A stretch of DNA of 64,000 nucleotides from Eledone cirrhosa. Its lineage: Eukaryota. A program made the translations under genes and the position numbers. The stretch lies in the NCBI GenBank assembly GCA_964016885.1, contig CAXHJY010001334.1:1-64000 (forward strand), written 5' to 3'. A model generated the notes under the pieces. It was given only the letters and a program-made list of their open reading frames with translations, did not search any database and was not told the origin of the DNA. This document shows positions 46,220-62,559 of the stretch, in pieces. Every line of letters starts with the position of its first letter. The stretch's first letter is position 1.

Positions 46220-49200
46220 CAGTGATTCTCAACCAGTGTGCTGCGGCACACTGGTGTGCTGCAAGATCTTCCTAAGTGTGCCACGAAATTTTGAACGGCA
46301 CACTAAGAAAATGCGAAAAACCATGTGATCCCAATTGAGTATTCAGTTTGTGGTGTAACATTTTGCACTACATAGCTTTGTTCACTTAGGGATGAGCGAA
46401 ATGTTTCCAAATGTCGCAATGCTAAAAATTCTATACCTTTTATTGTTTCGTTTGTCATTAGTATTGATCATATGAATGGATATTGGTCAATGCTCGTCTT
46501 AAGGTGGGACTTCCCTGGAAGAAAAAAAATTATTATATCATGCATCTTTTTTTCACTTTTCTGGTAGAATCTACCTCTAAAACTGAGACAAATGATATAT
46601 TTCTTTTTCATATAGTCCTAATTTTTGCTGAGATATGACCAAAAATGGTTGAAAAATAGCGTAATTTTCAGTTCTTTTGAGAAAATCCAAATAAGCTATG
46701 AAGATGATTTTTACATTTTTAGAACTAGAAAACTAGTCATTGTATAATAACAAGCCTTTTTTTGATATTTTGGGAAAAAAACTTTTTATCCTCATTAGTG
46801 TGCTGGAGAGTAAAAGAATTGAAAACAAAAATCACAATTTATTTGGATAAAAGCAACTATAACATTTTTTCAAGGCAGAATTTTTAAAAAAGGCTCTGTC
46901 CCGATGAAGCTATTATTATATGGAAGGTCTCTTCAAAACTTCAAGCAAATCTATCGAGTAGATTTTCTGGAAAGAGCTCTGAAATTTTGAGAAGTACCCA
47001 TTTTGAGAAAATTGCCTGTAAAAATTAAAAACACAAATGTTAGCTTCTACCTCTGTTTCGGAACAATCTATGGATGATTCCGAGGATTTAGCTCAGAATT
47101 CTCTGGTTCATGCTACTAATGAGTCCATGTTAGCTTCCCTTTACATATATTTTGTCTTGCTTCATCTCTATATGGCATAATTTCCTAATTTTCTGGTGGA
47201 TTATCCCATCGGAAGGGTGAGTTTGGCTGCCATGTTTACATTGTGATGGGGGAAGGCGAGTCACGTCATGTGCTGGACCAATCAGCGGGCGCCATTCGCC
47301 GAGTTTAGCCGAAAAGGAGGCTCGATGTGCATTTGCGTCGATTTTCTGGCTTTTCATCTTATGCTAATGAGGGTATAGTAGAGGTCTGTAGCTGTCTACT
47401 GGTGTGTCGAACATAGCAAAAATGGCGGATTTACGATGTGTTGTCAGTGCTCAAACATTGACTATTTTTGTGCGTAATACATCGAAATTTGATGATTTCC
47501 AGCTAGAAATGGTCTCATAAAACATTAATTTTAGGTAGGAAGACATATTTTTATTGTTTTGCTGTGTTTGTACACGAAAGAGAAGACACTGTCATCTCAA
47601 TATAGACAATCCAACCCCAAACTGTCATATTGATATTTCATGACCCTTCACAATGGATAAATATTTGAAAAGGAAAGATATTAGTGACGAGTCTAAGTCC
47701 AGAGGCGAACAACCATCAACCTCTATTGTCAAAAAGAGAAACATTAATCGACAATATTGTGAAAATTATTTGAAATTTGGATTTTATTGGTCTGGTGACG
47801 TTAACAAACCAAGTCCATCATGTGTAGTGTGCGGTGAAACAATGTCAAATGAATCCATGGTACCAAGTAAGTTAGAAACACATTTTAATTCAAAACATTC
47901 ATCTCTGAAAGATAAAAAGCTTGATTACTTTCAAAGACTGTTAGAGCAGAAATCAAAACAGCGAAGTTATTTTGAAAAAATAATGACCATGTCTGAACGA
48001 GCCCAACTATCGTCAATTCAGGTGGCTGAAATAATAGCATTCAAATCTAAATTCCATACGCTTGCTGAGTCAGTCGTCCTACTAGCTAGCAAAAAGATGG
48101 TAAAATCCATGTTTGGTGAAAAGACTGAGAAGGAATTGAACAATATCCCGATTTCAAATGATCCAATACGTAGAAAAATCCTAGATATATCGAAAAATAT
48201 TGAAGACAATGTTCAGAAAAAGCTTAAGAATTCTAATTTTGCTTTAACCGTGGATGAATCCAATGACATCAGTAATAAAAGTCAATTGCTTGCATTTTAC
48301 GTTTTATTGACGAGAATGAAATAATCAATCAATTTTTGTTCTGTAAAGAAATGTCCACAACTACAAGAGGTCAAGATATTTTTGATTTGATAACAGGCTA
48401 CCTGAAAGAAATGAATTTGTCTTGGAAGTCCTGTGTTGGCATTTGCACCGATGGAGCCCCATGTATGACAGGCTGTATGAAAAGATTTGTATCCTTCGTA
48501 GAAAAAGAAAATCCAAACCTCATTCATATTCATTGCTTTCTACATAGAGAAGTTCTTGTTTCAAAAATATCGCAGGAAGATTTAAAGGTTGTGTTACATC
48601 AAGTTGTTGGAATGGTCAATTATATAAAAAGTAGGCCATTGAAGTCACGATTATTTGAACAACTGTGCAAAGAAATGGACTCTTAGCAAGTTAACACTGA
48701 GGTTCGCTGGCTGTCGAAAGGCAAAATACTAAATCATGTTCACGGACTGCACAAGGAATTACTATAATTTTTTCTCCAGGAAAAGCAGGAGAAATTCTGT
48801 GAATACCTTAGTTGCGAATTTTGGATATCTAAAATGGAATACCTAACAGAAATATTTAGTGAACTAAATAAAACAAACAGTAGTATGCAATGTAAAAACG
48901 AAAATATTCTCACTTCAACAGACAAGTAAGTTGACCTCAAAAAGAAAATTGTATTTTGGAAAAAAAGAGCAATCACTGGCAATCTTGATATGTTCCCTTT
49001 ATTGTATTAGAGAAATGATCCCTATTGTGGTTACTCATCTGACAGCCCTGGACGAAAGCATCAACAATTACTTTCTGTCATTAAAGACAGAAAAGTATGA
49101 TTGGATTAGAGATCCTTTCATAAATAATTCTTCCAACATTGAACTTGAGTTACCCTTTCTAGTGACCGAGGGTTAAAATTAAAACATTCGACTCGGGCCA

Positions 49201-49697
49201 TTCATTCATTTTGAATTTCAATTCAAGAAGAGTATCCCATATTTAGCAATTTTATTACAATTTTCAACTTCTTATATATGTGAATTAGGCTTCTCAACAT
49301 TAAAGAACATCAAAAACAGGAAGCGTGAGAGATTACGTACAACGGAAGAAGAAATGAGGTTGTGTCTGTCTCTTATTCGACCAAACATTGCGGAAATTAT
49401 GAATAAAAGCCAGGCACAAATTTCTCACTAAAGAAAGTGTTTCGGATTTCATCAGTCAAATAGATGAAATTCGAAACACTGCAATAAAGTAAGTTCATAG
49501 CTGTGTTTTTTCTTTATTTAGTTTGAATCATTCTATGTGTCTATGACTAGTTTGTGTCTACGGTTGTATGCCGTCTATGACTTGCCATGTTTTTATTTTG
49601 TAAAATTCAAATATTTTTCATATATATTTACCCAGGTGTGCTATTTTTTCATGTGTTCCAAGGTGTGCCGTTGGCAAAAAAAGGTTGAGAACCACTG
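46220..49697 (+). mobile_element. hAT (Buster/Charlie-type) DNA transposon with a decayed transposase
   Basis: TIRs CAGTGATTCTCAACC / GGTTGAGAACCACTG; imperfect 8-bp TSD CGTTATAA / TGTTATAG with central TA; subterminal GTGTGCC repeats. Confidence 0.9.
47653..49430 (+). pseudogene. ZBED5/SCAND3-like hAT transposase pseudogene
   Basis: YLKFGF...CVVCGE...SMVPSKL..H (BED-like), DES.D, GICTDGAPCM, HCFLHRE, EVRWLSKG, ending ...AQISH*; multiple frameshifts and stops. Confidence 0.9.
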
Positions 49698-52274
49698 TGT
49701 TATAGTAACACTTACATAGTGAAGGTTAGCATCTAATTAATAGTGTGTAAAATATATTTTGGCGGGTCACATTGTAATTGAACAACGAATATTCATGATT
49801 CGGTGTCTTTTCGTATACTACCACATTTAACGTTACACATTTTCTAAACGGTGATCTCTAATACTGTTTTTAAGCGTTATTTTGTGAAAATATGTTTGTT
49901 TTAAAAAATTAATGAAGTATAAAATAATGGTTTCTTATATAGGCACAAGGCCAGAAATTTTGGGGGAAGGGGAAAGTCGATTAAATCGACCCCAGCGCGT
50001 GACTGGTACTTTATTTTATCGAGCCCGTAAGGATGAAAGGCAAAGTTAACCTCGGCGGGATTTGAACTCGGATCATAAAGGGCCGTAACTCTATGCTGCA
50101 AAGCTTGGTGTTGAACCCTCTACCGATACTGCCAATCCACCACTCAAATAATTGTTTCTACTTTTGACACAAGGCCAGCAATTATCCCAGTGCATTACTG
50201 GTACTTTATTTAATGCACTGGGATAATTGCCGCCCAAATAATTGTTTCTACTTTTGGCACAAGGCCAGCAATTACCCAATGCATTACTGCTATTTTATTT
50301 TATCGACCCCATAGGGATGAAAGGCAAAGTTAACCTCGGCGGGATTTGAACTCAGAATGGCAAGGGCCGTAACTCTATGCGTCAAAGCATGGTGCCCGAC
50401 TCTCTACCGATACACCGAACCCAAATAATGGTAGATTGTAAGTAAAAATATATTTTACTTACCTGAAATATATTACAGCTTTTAGTTTTTTTTTAACCAA
50501 CTGGAATGATTTTTAACACTGACGCTTTTACTTGCCCAACTTATGATCTTCGTTTTAAGAATGAACTGCCTACAGAAGAAATAGTACTGACCACGATTGA
50601 CAAAGAAAAGCTTGAAACTGAACTATTTTATTGTAAATCCAATATGCATGAATATTGTAAATTAATTGAGCTGCTGAAATTTATCTTGGAAAATGATCTA
50701 TCGGTCGCTCACCGACAAGATTACGATTGAGCCCGTGGCAGTGGAGACTGCTAATATCCTTGTCCTCCGGACCATCTTCCTGCTCACCACCATTGGCACA
50801 GAGTTGGCTATCCACAGGTGTGAGCCTTGTGAGATGGAATGGCTCTTCTAGCGCGTTTCGCTCACCATCCTCCGGGGAAAGGCCTTCTCTATTCTGTCCG
50901 CCGGGGCGACCAGTGCGTGGGCCCCTATTTGCTCATAATTGTGAGAGATGGGGAGAGCGGGAGAGACGGAGGCAATGCGAGTTTGGTTCTTTTGTGTTTG
51001 GACATGGTGTATATGTTTCACGAATATACATTCAGTACCACACTGACATTATGTAACTAGGTCACCCGTGATACGTTGGGTCACTTAAAAACAATTTAAA
51101 AATAATTCAAATATGTACAGAAACGTATATGGTGTAAAATGAAATTGGAAGGCCCATATAGATATATATATATATGTGTACATGTGTGAACGAGTATGTT
51201 CATATGTATACACGTGTAAGCATGTGTGTACATATCTGTACGTGTGTGTGTGTGTGTGCATACGTACATATATGTATGAGTGTGTATGTGTTTGCGTACA
51301 TGTGTTTGTGTATGTGTATGCGTGAGTGTGTACGTATGTGTGTATCTGTGAGTGCGTGTGTGCATGTTTACACACGAATGAAAGGTGATGTGGAAGACAT
51401 TAGAGAATGACTATGAAATATTTAACGGCAGCTTGCATACTGGAAGTTGATAATGATTTAGTAAATTGATTTGTCGCATGGATAGAACGAGAATGATATT
51501 GGAAATATAGAAATTTATCGAAGCGCTAAATTGAGTTCAGAGAGGTTTAAAATAATGTAAATGTAAATGTATATGTGTGTGTCTATATATATAAAATGTT
51601 TTTTAGAGAAAAATAACGGGTACAATATATATACATATATATATATAGGACCTGTTATTTTTCTCTAAAAAACATTTTCCGTTCTTGCTTAGCACGTCTC
51701 TTCAATCTTTTTATTTTTTCTATAATTTCTCTTTCAATTTCTGGTTGAAAGATGAGCGTCCGAAATACACTTTAATACTGTTCTCCTACTATCTCAAGCG
51801 TAAAACTAATATATTTCATAATCGTACTGTATCAGTTGCTTTGTTTCTGTTTGCCTTCTGTATATATATATATATATATATATGTATATGTATGTATATG
51901 TATGTATATATATATATATATGTATCATCATTAACGTTTAACGTCCGTGTTCCACGCTTGCATGGGTTTGGACGGGGGTTTTCCCACTTGAGGCAAGAGT
52001 GTTTGTCTTGCTCGCATAGGACTATCTGGCGGGTTTTCTACAGCTGGATGCCCTTCCTAACACCAACCACATTTACAGTGTGGGGTTGGGAGGTTTTACC
52101 GTGTTGCCTACACGGCCACATTACAGCGTGGACTGTCTGGCAGGTTTTCTACAGCTGGATGCCCTTCCTAACATCAACCACATTTACAGTGTGGGGCTGG
52201 GAGGTTTTTACCGTGTTGCCTACACGACCACATTACAGCGTGGACTGTGTCTACACGATCTCATTGTTTCGGCC

Positions 52275-55733
<3,459 letters not shown>

Positions 55734-56034
55734 AAGATTTCTAATAAGAATGAAACGCGTAGGTTACTTCCCTTGCTTTTATCGAGAATCTAATTGTAAT
55801 ACGTGACGTATTCTATTCTATAGCGATTAGGTCTTCAAAATGTTTATTATAAACATACAGAATATTTTCGAATATTCTATGTCTATCTTCACATATATAT
55901 CGCTATTTCAGAGCATTTAATCCAATTTCTAATTTCTGCCGGACCGGCAACCGCTCTTTCAAACCAGTTCCTGTACACAGCTAAGTATTCTATAAGTCTC
56001 TAGCTGTGTCATTCTCGATAAAAGCACTGGATAT

Positions 56035-56077
56035 GTAGTCCTGAAGATTTCTAATAAGAATGAAACGCGTAGATTAC
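56035..56077 (+). ncRNA. Minimal type I hammerhead ribozyme, array copy 1
   Basis: GTAGTC-CTGAAGA-T-TTCT(AATA)AGAA-T-GAAA-CGCG-TA^GATTAC; predicted cleavage after 56071. Confidence 0.8.
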
Positions 56078-56344
56078 TTCCCTTGCTTTTATCGAGAATC
56101 TAATTGTAATACGTGACGTATTCTATTCTATAGCGATTAGGTCTTCAAAATGTTTATTATAAACATACAGAATATTTTCGAATATTCTATGTCTATCTTC
56201 ACATATATATCGCTATTTCAGAGCATTTAATCCAATTTCTAATTTCTGCCGGACCGGCAACCGCTCTTTCAAACCAGTTCCTGTACACAGCTAAGTATTC
56301 TATAAGTCTCTAGCTGTGTCATTCTCGATAAAAGCACTGGATAT

Positions 56345-56387
56345 GTAGTCCTGAAGATTTCTAATAAGAATGAAACGCGTAGGTTAC
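56345..56387 (+). ncRNA. Minimal type I hammerhead ribozyme, array copy 2
   Basis: GTAGTC-CTGAAGA...GAAA-CGCG-TA^GGTTAC; predicted cleavage after 56381. Confidence 0.8.
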
Positions 56388-56654
56388 TTCCCTTGCTTTT
56401 ATCGAGAATCTAATTGTAATACGTGACGTATTCTATTCTATAGCGATTAGGTCTTCAAAATGTTTATTATAAACATACAGAATATTTTCGAATATTCTAT
56501 GTCTATCTTCACATATATATCGCTATTTCAGAGCATTTAATCCAATTTCTAATTTCTGCCGGACCGGCAACCGCTCTTTCAAACCAGTTCCTGTACACAG
56601 CTAAGTATTCTATAAGTCTCTAGCTGTGTCATTCTCGATAAAAGCACTGGATAT

Positions 56655-56697
56655 GTAATCCTGAAGATTTCTAATAAGAATGAAACGCGTAGGTTAC
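56655..56697 (+). ncRNA. Minimal type I hammerhead ribozyme, array copy 3
   Basis: GTAATC-CTGAAGA...GAAA-CGCG-TA^GGTTAC; predicted cleavage after 56691. Confidence 0.8.
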
Positions 56698-56927
56698 TTC
56701 CCTTGCTTTTATCGAGAATCTAATTGTAATACGTGACGTATTCTATTCTATAGCGATTAGGTCTTCAAAATGTTTATTATAAACATACAGAATATTTTCG
56801 AATATTCTATGTCTATCTTCATATATATATATATATATATATAAGTATACGTAAATCAGTAGAGTTTCAGCAGATCCTGTATAGGGTGAAAGCAGAAATT
56901 TTTTGATTAATCATTAATCTGTACCAA

Positions 56928-56964
<37 letters not shown>

Positions 56965-59900
56965 GTATTTGAGAGAGTGAAGTTACTGGTTGTTTAGCCT
57001 CTAAATTTTCGGTTAGTTTTCCAAACAAAGATCCACTACAAGTTTGTTGGCTTTCAATTGATGTTGTTGATAATGTTATTGTTTATTCCCAAACCAGGCC
57101 CGATTGAACAGATCTATGACGAAAGATAACTACTACATACCCCTCACTTTTATGTCTTTATCCTGGACTACCAATATCTTCTCTGCCTTTAAAAGCGAAA
57201 ATGTTAATTGAGAGAGATTTGGTCACTCTTTATAGTAGGCCAAGTACACCCGTAGAATCTGACCGGAGGCTTTAATTGTGGTAAGAAACTCTCATAAGAG
57301 CTGGACAACAGAAGGTCTTCAGGCGAGAATCCTCCATCAAGCAAGTGTTTCAGCTGTTAATATATATATATATATATATATAGTGGTAAGAAAATCTTAG
57401 AAAAACTGGAAAGGTCTTTAGAGAAGAACCACATATCCTCAAGCAAGTGTTTCGGCCTTTAACAACTCCAAATATGTTGGTCTCGCGCTTGTATCAAGCA
57501 TTCTGACATAGCACCCCAATGCTCTTAGCGGGATATGATCTCTGAGGTATACATTTGACTAGTTGGACACCTGGTCGCTACACTTAACTATGGCACTAAC
57601 TATATACTTCAAATCATACAGTTTTGGCCAGTCAGTCTAAAGTCTGGACAACATTTGGACGGCTGCTTTTCTGGAAAAATCATTTATCTAGGAATTACAC
57701 CATAATTAATATACTGTGTTTATATGGCTTTAGTAACAGAATTGTATAAAATTGTGAACGCTACGCCACACTTAGCACTTGGTTGTCTAACCAACACGTC
57801 ACCACCACCACCTCATTATTACCTCACCACCACCACATCACCAGCATCACCTCATCACCACCTCATGATCACCTCACAACCACCTCACCATCCGCATCAG
57901 TTCAACAACAGTTCACCACCACCACCAACGTTACCTCACTAGCACCACTTCATCATCACCACCACAGACAGAAATAGTAGTAGTAGCACCAGCTCCACCT
58001 ATCCTCCACCTCCTCTATATCGTTTGACCAAACTGATAGGGAAGATTCACTGTTGCGTGTGCAAGATCTGATAAAATTAATTATTTATTCTATCGCAAAT
58101 ATGAAGAGAATGACTTGTTGTTGTATAGTCGTGTCCATCCCTGAATCTGTAGTCTGGTAAAACACCATCTAACCATCAACAACTTGTCGCTTTTCTGCTA
58201 TTGTCATTTTATTTCAATGTGCAGACCCCCTCCACTATTTTTAAAGGCAATTGTTCGAGATTGACCCCGCAGATGTTTTCCCAGCGGCAAGGAGGCAATC
58301 CATATACCGGGATCTAACTTGGGAGTTAACATAATTAAGTTTATTCATATCTAGGAATATGTGTCTATGTAAGACTCTCGGCACTCTGTGTTCAAAATCC
58401 GTCCAGGTCAACTTTACCATTCATTCTTTGGAGGTCGATAAAAAAAGTACCAGTCTGGTACTGGGATCAATTCTTTCTCTATATCTCTTTCTCATTTCTC
58501 CTCTTCTACTTTCTCTCTCTTTCTCTGGAAGAAACTGGTCCCGTTCAGACCTGAAGAGATGTGCTCCGCCATGTTTAAAATGCCTACGATTCCACCAGGG
58601 GTATATCTGGGTAATAAGTATATATGTGGAATAAAAGAATATCATAAAGAGTCGAAATAAAAAGTTCCTTTAGATAATTCACAAATAGTTTAAGAAAATT
58701 GTTAGATAAACGTGTTATTAATGTTTATAGGTGCATAGCGCCCTCTGTGTTGGCATATTATATCATCAAGGGGTTCAACGTAGTTCGCTTATTGACTGAA
58801 AAAAGTATCAGCAATCGGCTTTGTTCTCTAGCGATTGAACTAAGAGACATTCCATTTATAAGGGGTTTTTACTCGATTTTCAAACCTATTTATAGCAACC
58901 GACTATATTTAGTTATTCTTCTGCGCTTGAGCATATTAATGTTCCAAATGAATTTAATAATCTCCCAGCATTTCGCAAGTTAGAAATTTCTAATTTTGCA
59001 TACGCTAGAACGTCGGATAGAATGCTTTGCGGCATTCGTTCCGACTCTGCTCTCAGTTCAAATCTCACCGAGATCAACTTTGCCTTTCATCATTTGGAGG
59101 TCGATAAAAAATACCAGTCTATTACTGGGGTCGATTCTTCCTCTATATCTCTTTATCACTTCCTCTCTCTCTTTCTAACTTTCTCTAGAAAAAAATCTGC
59201 TGTATTCAGACCTGGAGAGAGAGGATAGGATCCACCAGGCATAAAATGTCCAAGAAACGCTGTCTGCCACTACGGCGCTCCTACGATTCCACTAGGAGCT
59301 ACGAGACCATACCATATTTGTGTAAGAACTGCCCCCACAAACACTCGCATATACCATGTGCTGGCTATTTTATTCATTAACTTAATCCGCTGAAATGTCG
59401 GAATAACACAACACCACAGAACACAACTGTATCCCAGCACGCCGCGACATACCACACAACACTACATCACACTACACTACACATCATACCACGCCACACA
59501 GCACACCACTCCACACCACAGCACACACGCCACACCACACAGCACAGCAAACCATACCACACCACTCAACAAAACACCATCCACACGACACCGCACCTCA
59601 ATACACGACACCGCAGCCCGCCTCAGGACCTTTCTCTCTCTCTCCCCTTATGAGACCTCCCTCACAAACACAGGAAATTAAAATATCACATTGGTCAGTT
59701 TGTTATAAGGGGCTGTAGCTTGATGTTCGGAAGCTGTGTGTTTGTGTGCATGGCTGTGTACGACTGTGTATATGACTGTAAGTGTATGAATGTACGTATG
59801 TATGTATTCATGCGTGGGTGTACGTGCGTGCATGTATGTGTGCATGTATGTGTGTGCATTTATGTGTTTGTGTTCGTAAGCATAAGATGCATATCTGTAT

Positions 59901-59965
59901 ATATATATATATGTTTTGCATGTTAACAGTGTTTGTGTGAGTGTAGATATACTTTTATAGACATA

Positions 59966-60868
59966 CTAGCAGTGGTACCCAGCGTTGCACGGGATAAGGT
60001 ATTTTGGAACGTGGGCCGCCAACAAACTTAATCGTGGAAAAACTGCATTCCCGGACAATATGTAAACAAAATAAACTGAATACTCTGATGGCTGGATAAT
60101 CTTTAAGATTTTCCTCGATGAAGCAGGAAAAATGCAGGTTTTCACCTAATGCGGGCCCTAGGGGATCAAGAAAATGAATTTTTTTAATGTGCATAATATG
60201 CCTTGAAATTTCAGGAAAATCGGCTAGACGTAACGCCCCCAAAAGCCCTAAAAAGCTGAAAAAATGAAATTTTTCACCTAATGCGGGCCCTAGGCCATAA
60301 AAAGTTGGATTTTCTTTGCTCACGGTATGAAGAAGAGACTGACTAATACATAGTTACAATTTCAAGGAAATCGGTCTGACGTAACGTCTCAAAAAACACC
60401 TGAAAAAACGCAGTTTTTCACCTAATGCGGGCCCTAGGGGATCAAAAAGTTGATTTTTTTAATGTGCATAACACTCCCTAAAACATAAGTAATACACATG
60501 TAAAGTTTGAAAAAAGTCGGTTGGGTACTTCTCGAGTTTTAGGGATTCAAACACACACACACACATCCTCAGGGAAGTGACGTAATGCAGACAGCCAGAC
60601 ATACAGACAGATATTATAAGGGCGCGACGTTATATGTATGTATCTATCTAAAAAGAGAAAGACTAAGAATGATAAAGAGAGATCGCTAAATCGCCTAATG
60701 TGGTCCCTAGGGCATTGAAAATTTGAAATTGTTTTGCTCAGAACACTCCCTGAAACATAAGTATTACATGTGTAAAGTTTGAAAAGAGTCGGTTGGGTGT
60801 TTCTCGAGTTTTAGGGATTCAAATTCACACACATACACACACAGACATCCCCAGTTATATATATATAT
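59966..60868 (-). mobile_element. Non-autonomous Helitron-like element (same family as 31682-32933)
   Basis: Reverse-complement similarity along its length; CTAG terminus at 59966-59969 with an adjacent CCC...GGG hairpin. Confidence 0.75.
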
Positions 60869-61659
60869 TCATATCCTTATTTCTTTATGCTAAAGAGCAG
60901 TCATGGTCAAACTGCGACCCGTTTGGCTTTCTGAATGGCACGTCTAATTTCAAAAGTGCCTTGAAATATTTTTAGTGATGCGATCCGCTTTATGATTAGC
61001 CAAATCCTATGCGGCCAACTGCTTGAAAAAGGTTGCTTATGTCTGCTATAGACTGTTGGGTTAACAGAATCCTTAAAGAATCGTACAAAATGCTTTGTGG
61101 CATATTATTACGCCGGGACTTGGAAGGAATGAACCCCAATTGAGGAGGGTGTGTGGCTGATGCAGCGGGTGTCACCGGCACAAAAAAACAGAAGAATCCC
61201 CCCAAAACAAACAGACAGACAAAATAAAAATCTTATAAATATTACTCAATAATTAACACCATTATATTTAATTGAATTAATTTATTTATTTAAGAAAAAG
61301 TACAATGAAGAAATCTAGTTTGAAATTAGCTTCTACAACAACAACAATAACAACAACAAAACAATAACACGACGAAATACAATGGCAATATACAATAATA
61401 AGCGAACACTATATTACAATAACAGCAACAATAACAACAATACTATTACTACTACTGGTATTATTACTACTACTATTATTACTAATAATAATCCTCTCTT
61501 TATTGGCCTCTGGGGCCGATAACAACCGTTTCTAACAGGCACAAGTATATATATATTTAGGGATATAGTGTCTTAGTTTGACGAAGTCCAGTATGTTACT
61601 GGTACATATTTACTTTATAGACCCCCGGTAAGATAAAAAGGCAAAGTTGACATCAGTGT

Positions 61660-61690
<31 letters not shown>

Positions 61691-62363
61691 GGTTGAACTC
61701 AGAACATAAAGGGACGTAACTAAATACCACAAAGGCAATTTATCCAATGCTCTGCCAATTCTGGTAAACATCTCTGAAATAATTGTGATAATTGTTTTCA
61801 ACAGACACAAAGCAAGACATTTTTTGGGAAGAAGGCGAGGGAAAGTCGATTATACCCCAATAATTAATCGGAACTTTATTTCATCGACCCTCGAAGGATG
61901 AAAGGTAAAGTTGACCGTGGCGGGATTTGAACTCAGAACGTAAAGAGCCGTAACTAAGCGCCAGTAGGCATTTCGTCCGGTGCTCTATTGACTCTGCCAA
62001 TAACAATAATATATAGAAAAGGGGTGTTTAGTGATTTAGAGGAATGGGTGTGTAGCGTTTTGTATGGAAAGGGAGGGTGTATAATGTATCTATTTTTAAA
62101 GTTCTATATCTCAATACATGACTGGTACTTATGTTATGGACCTTCGAAAGAACGAAAGTCGACCTTTGTGGGACAACATCAACTACAGCAACAATAAAAC
62201 AACAACTACTACTACAGCCGCTACTACAAGAAACTACTAAAACAAAATAATAATAATAATATTAATAACGCAGACAACAACAACACAAGTTAGCAACGGC
62301 GATGACAATGATGAAGAGAACAAGGAAAGAAAGAATGAAAGAAAAAAGAAAGAGAAAGAATAT

Positions 62364-62559
62364 TTAAGGAGATCTAATATGGAAGTTAAGTATGGCTGCA
62401 GCTATATGGTCAACAGAAGGATCATTGCTATCCGTTAGCGTCGGATGTTTGTAATCCAATAGGAAGTATGGAATTCCGGGAATGTGTTCCGGGAATCCGC
62501 GTGGCAGATCATCTTGGGATCGTGGCGAAAATTCGAACCCGGGAGTTTCTTTCAACAAC
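62364..62559 (-). CDS. Possible terminal exon of an unidentified minus-strand gene
   Basis: Acceptor ttttccag|, open frame LLKETPGFEF...AAAILNFHIRSP*, coding-like composition among low-complexity flanks; phase-compatible with a candidate exon at 63041-63126. Confidence 0.35.

Larger units (their letters stand above)
55734..56821 (+). mobile_element. 310-bp tandem array (3.5 units) with one hammerhead per unit: candidate non-LTR retrozyme
   Basis: CTAATAAGAATGAAACGCGT at 55741, 56051, 56361, 56671; units near-identical and flanked by (TA)n. Confidence 0.85.

Noticed and set aside
46499-46520. TTAA-GGTGGGACTTCCC, possible end of a nested TTAA-targeting transposon inside the hAT element
   Set aside because: No matching opposite terminus found.
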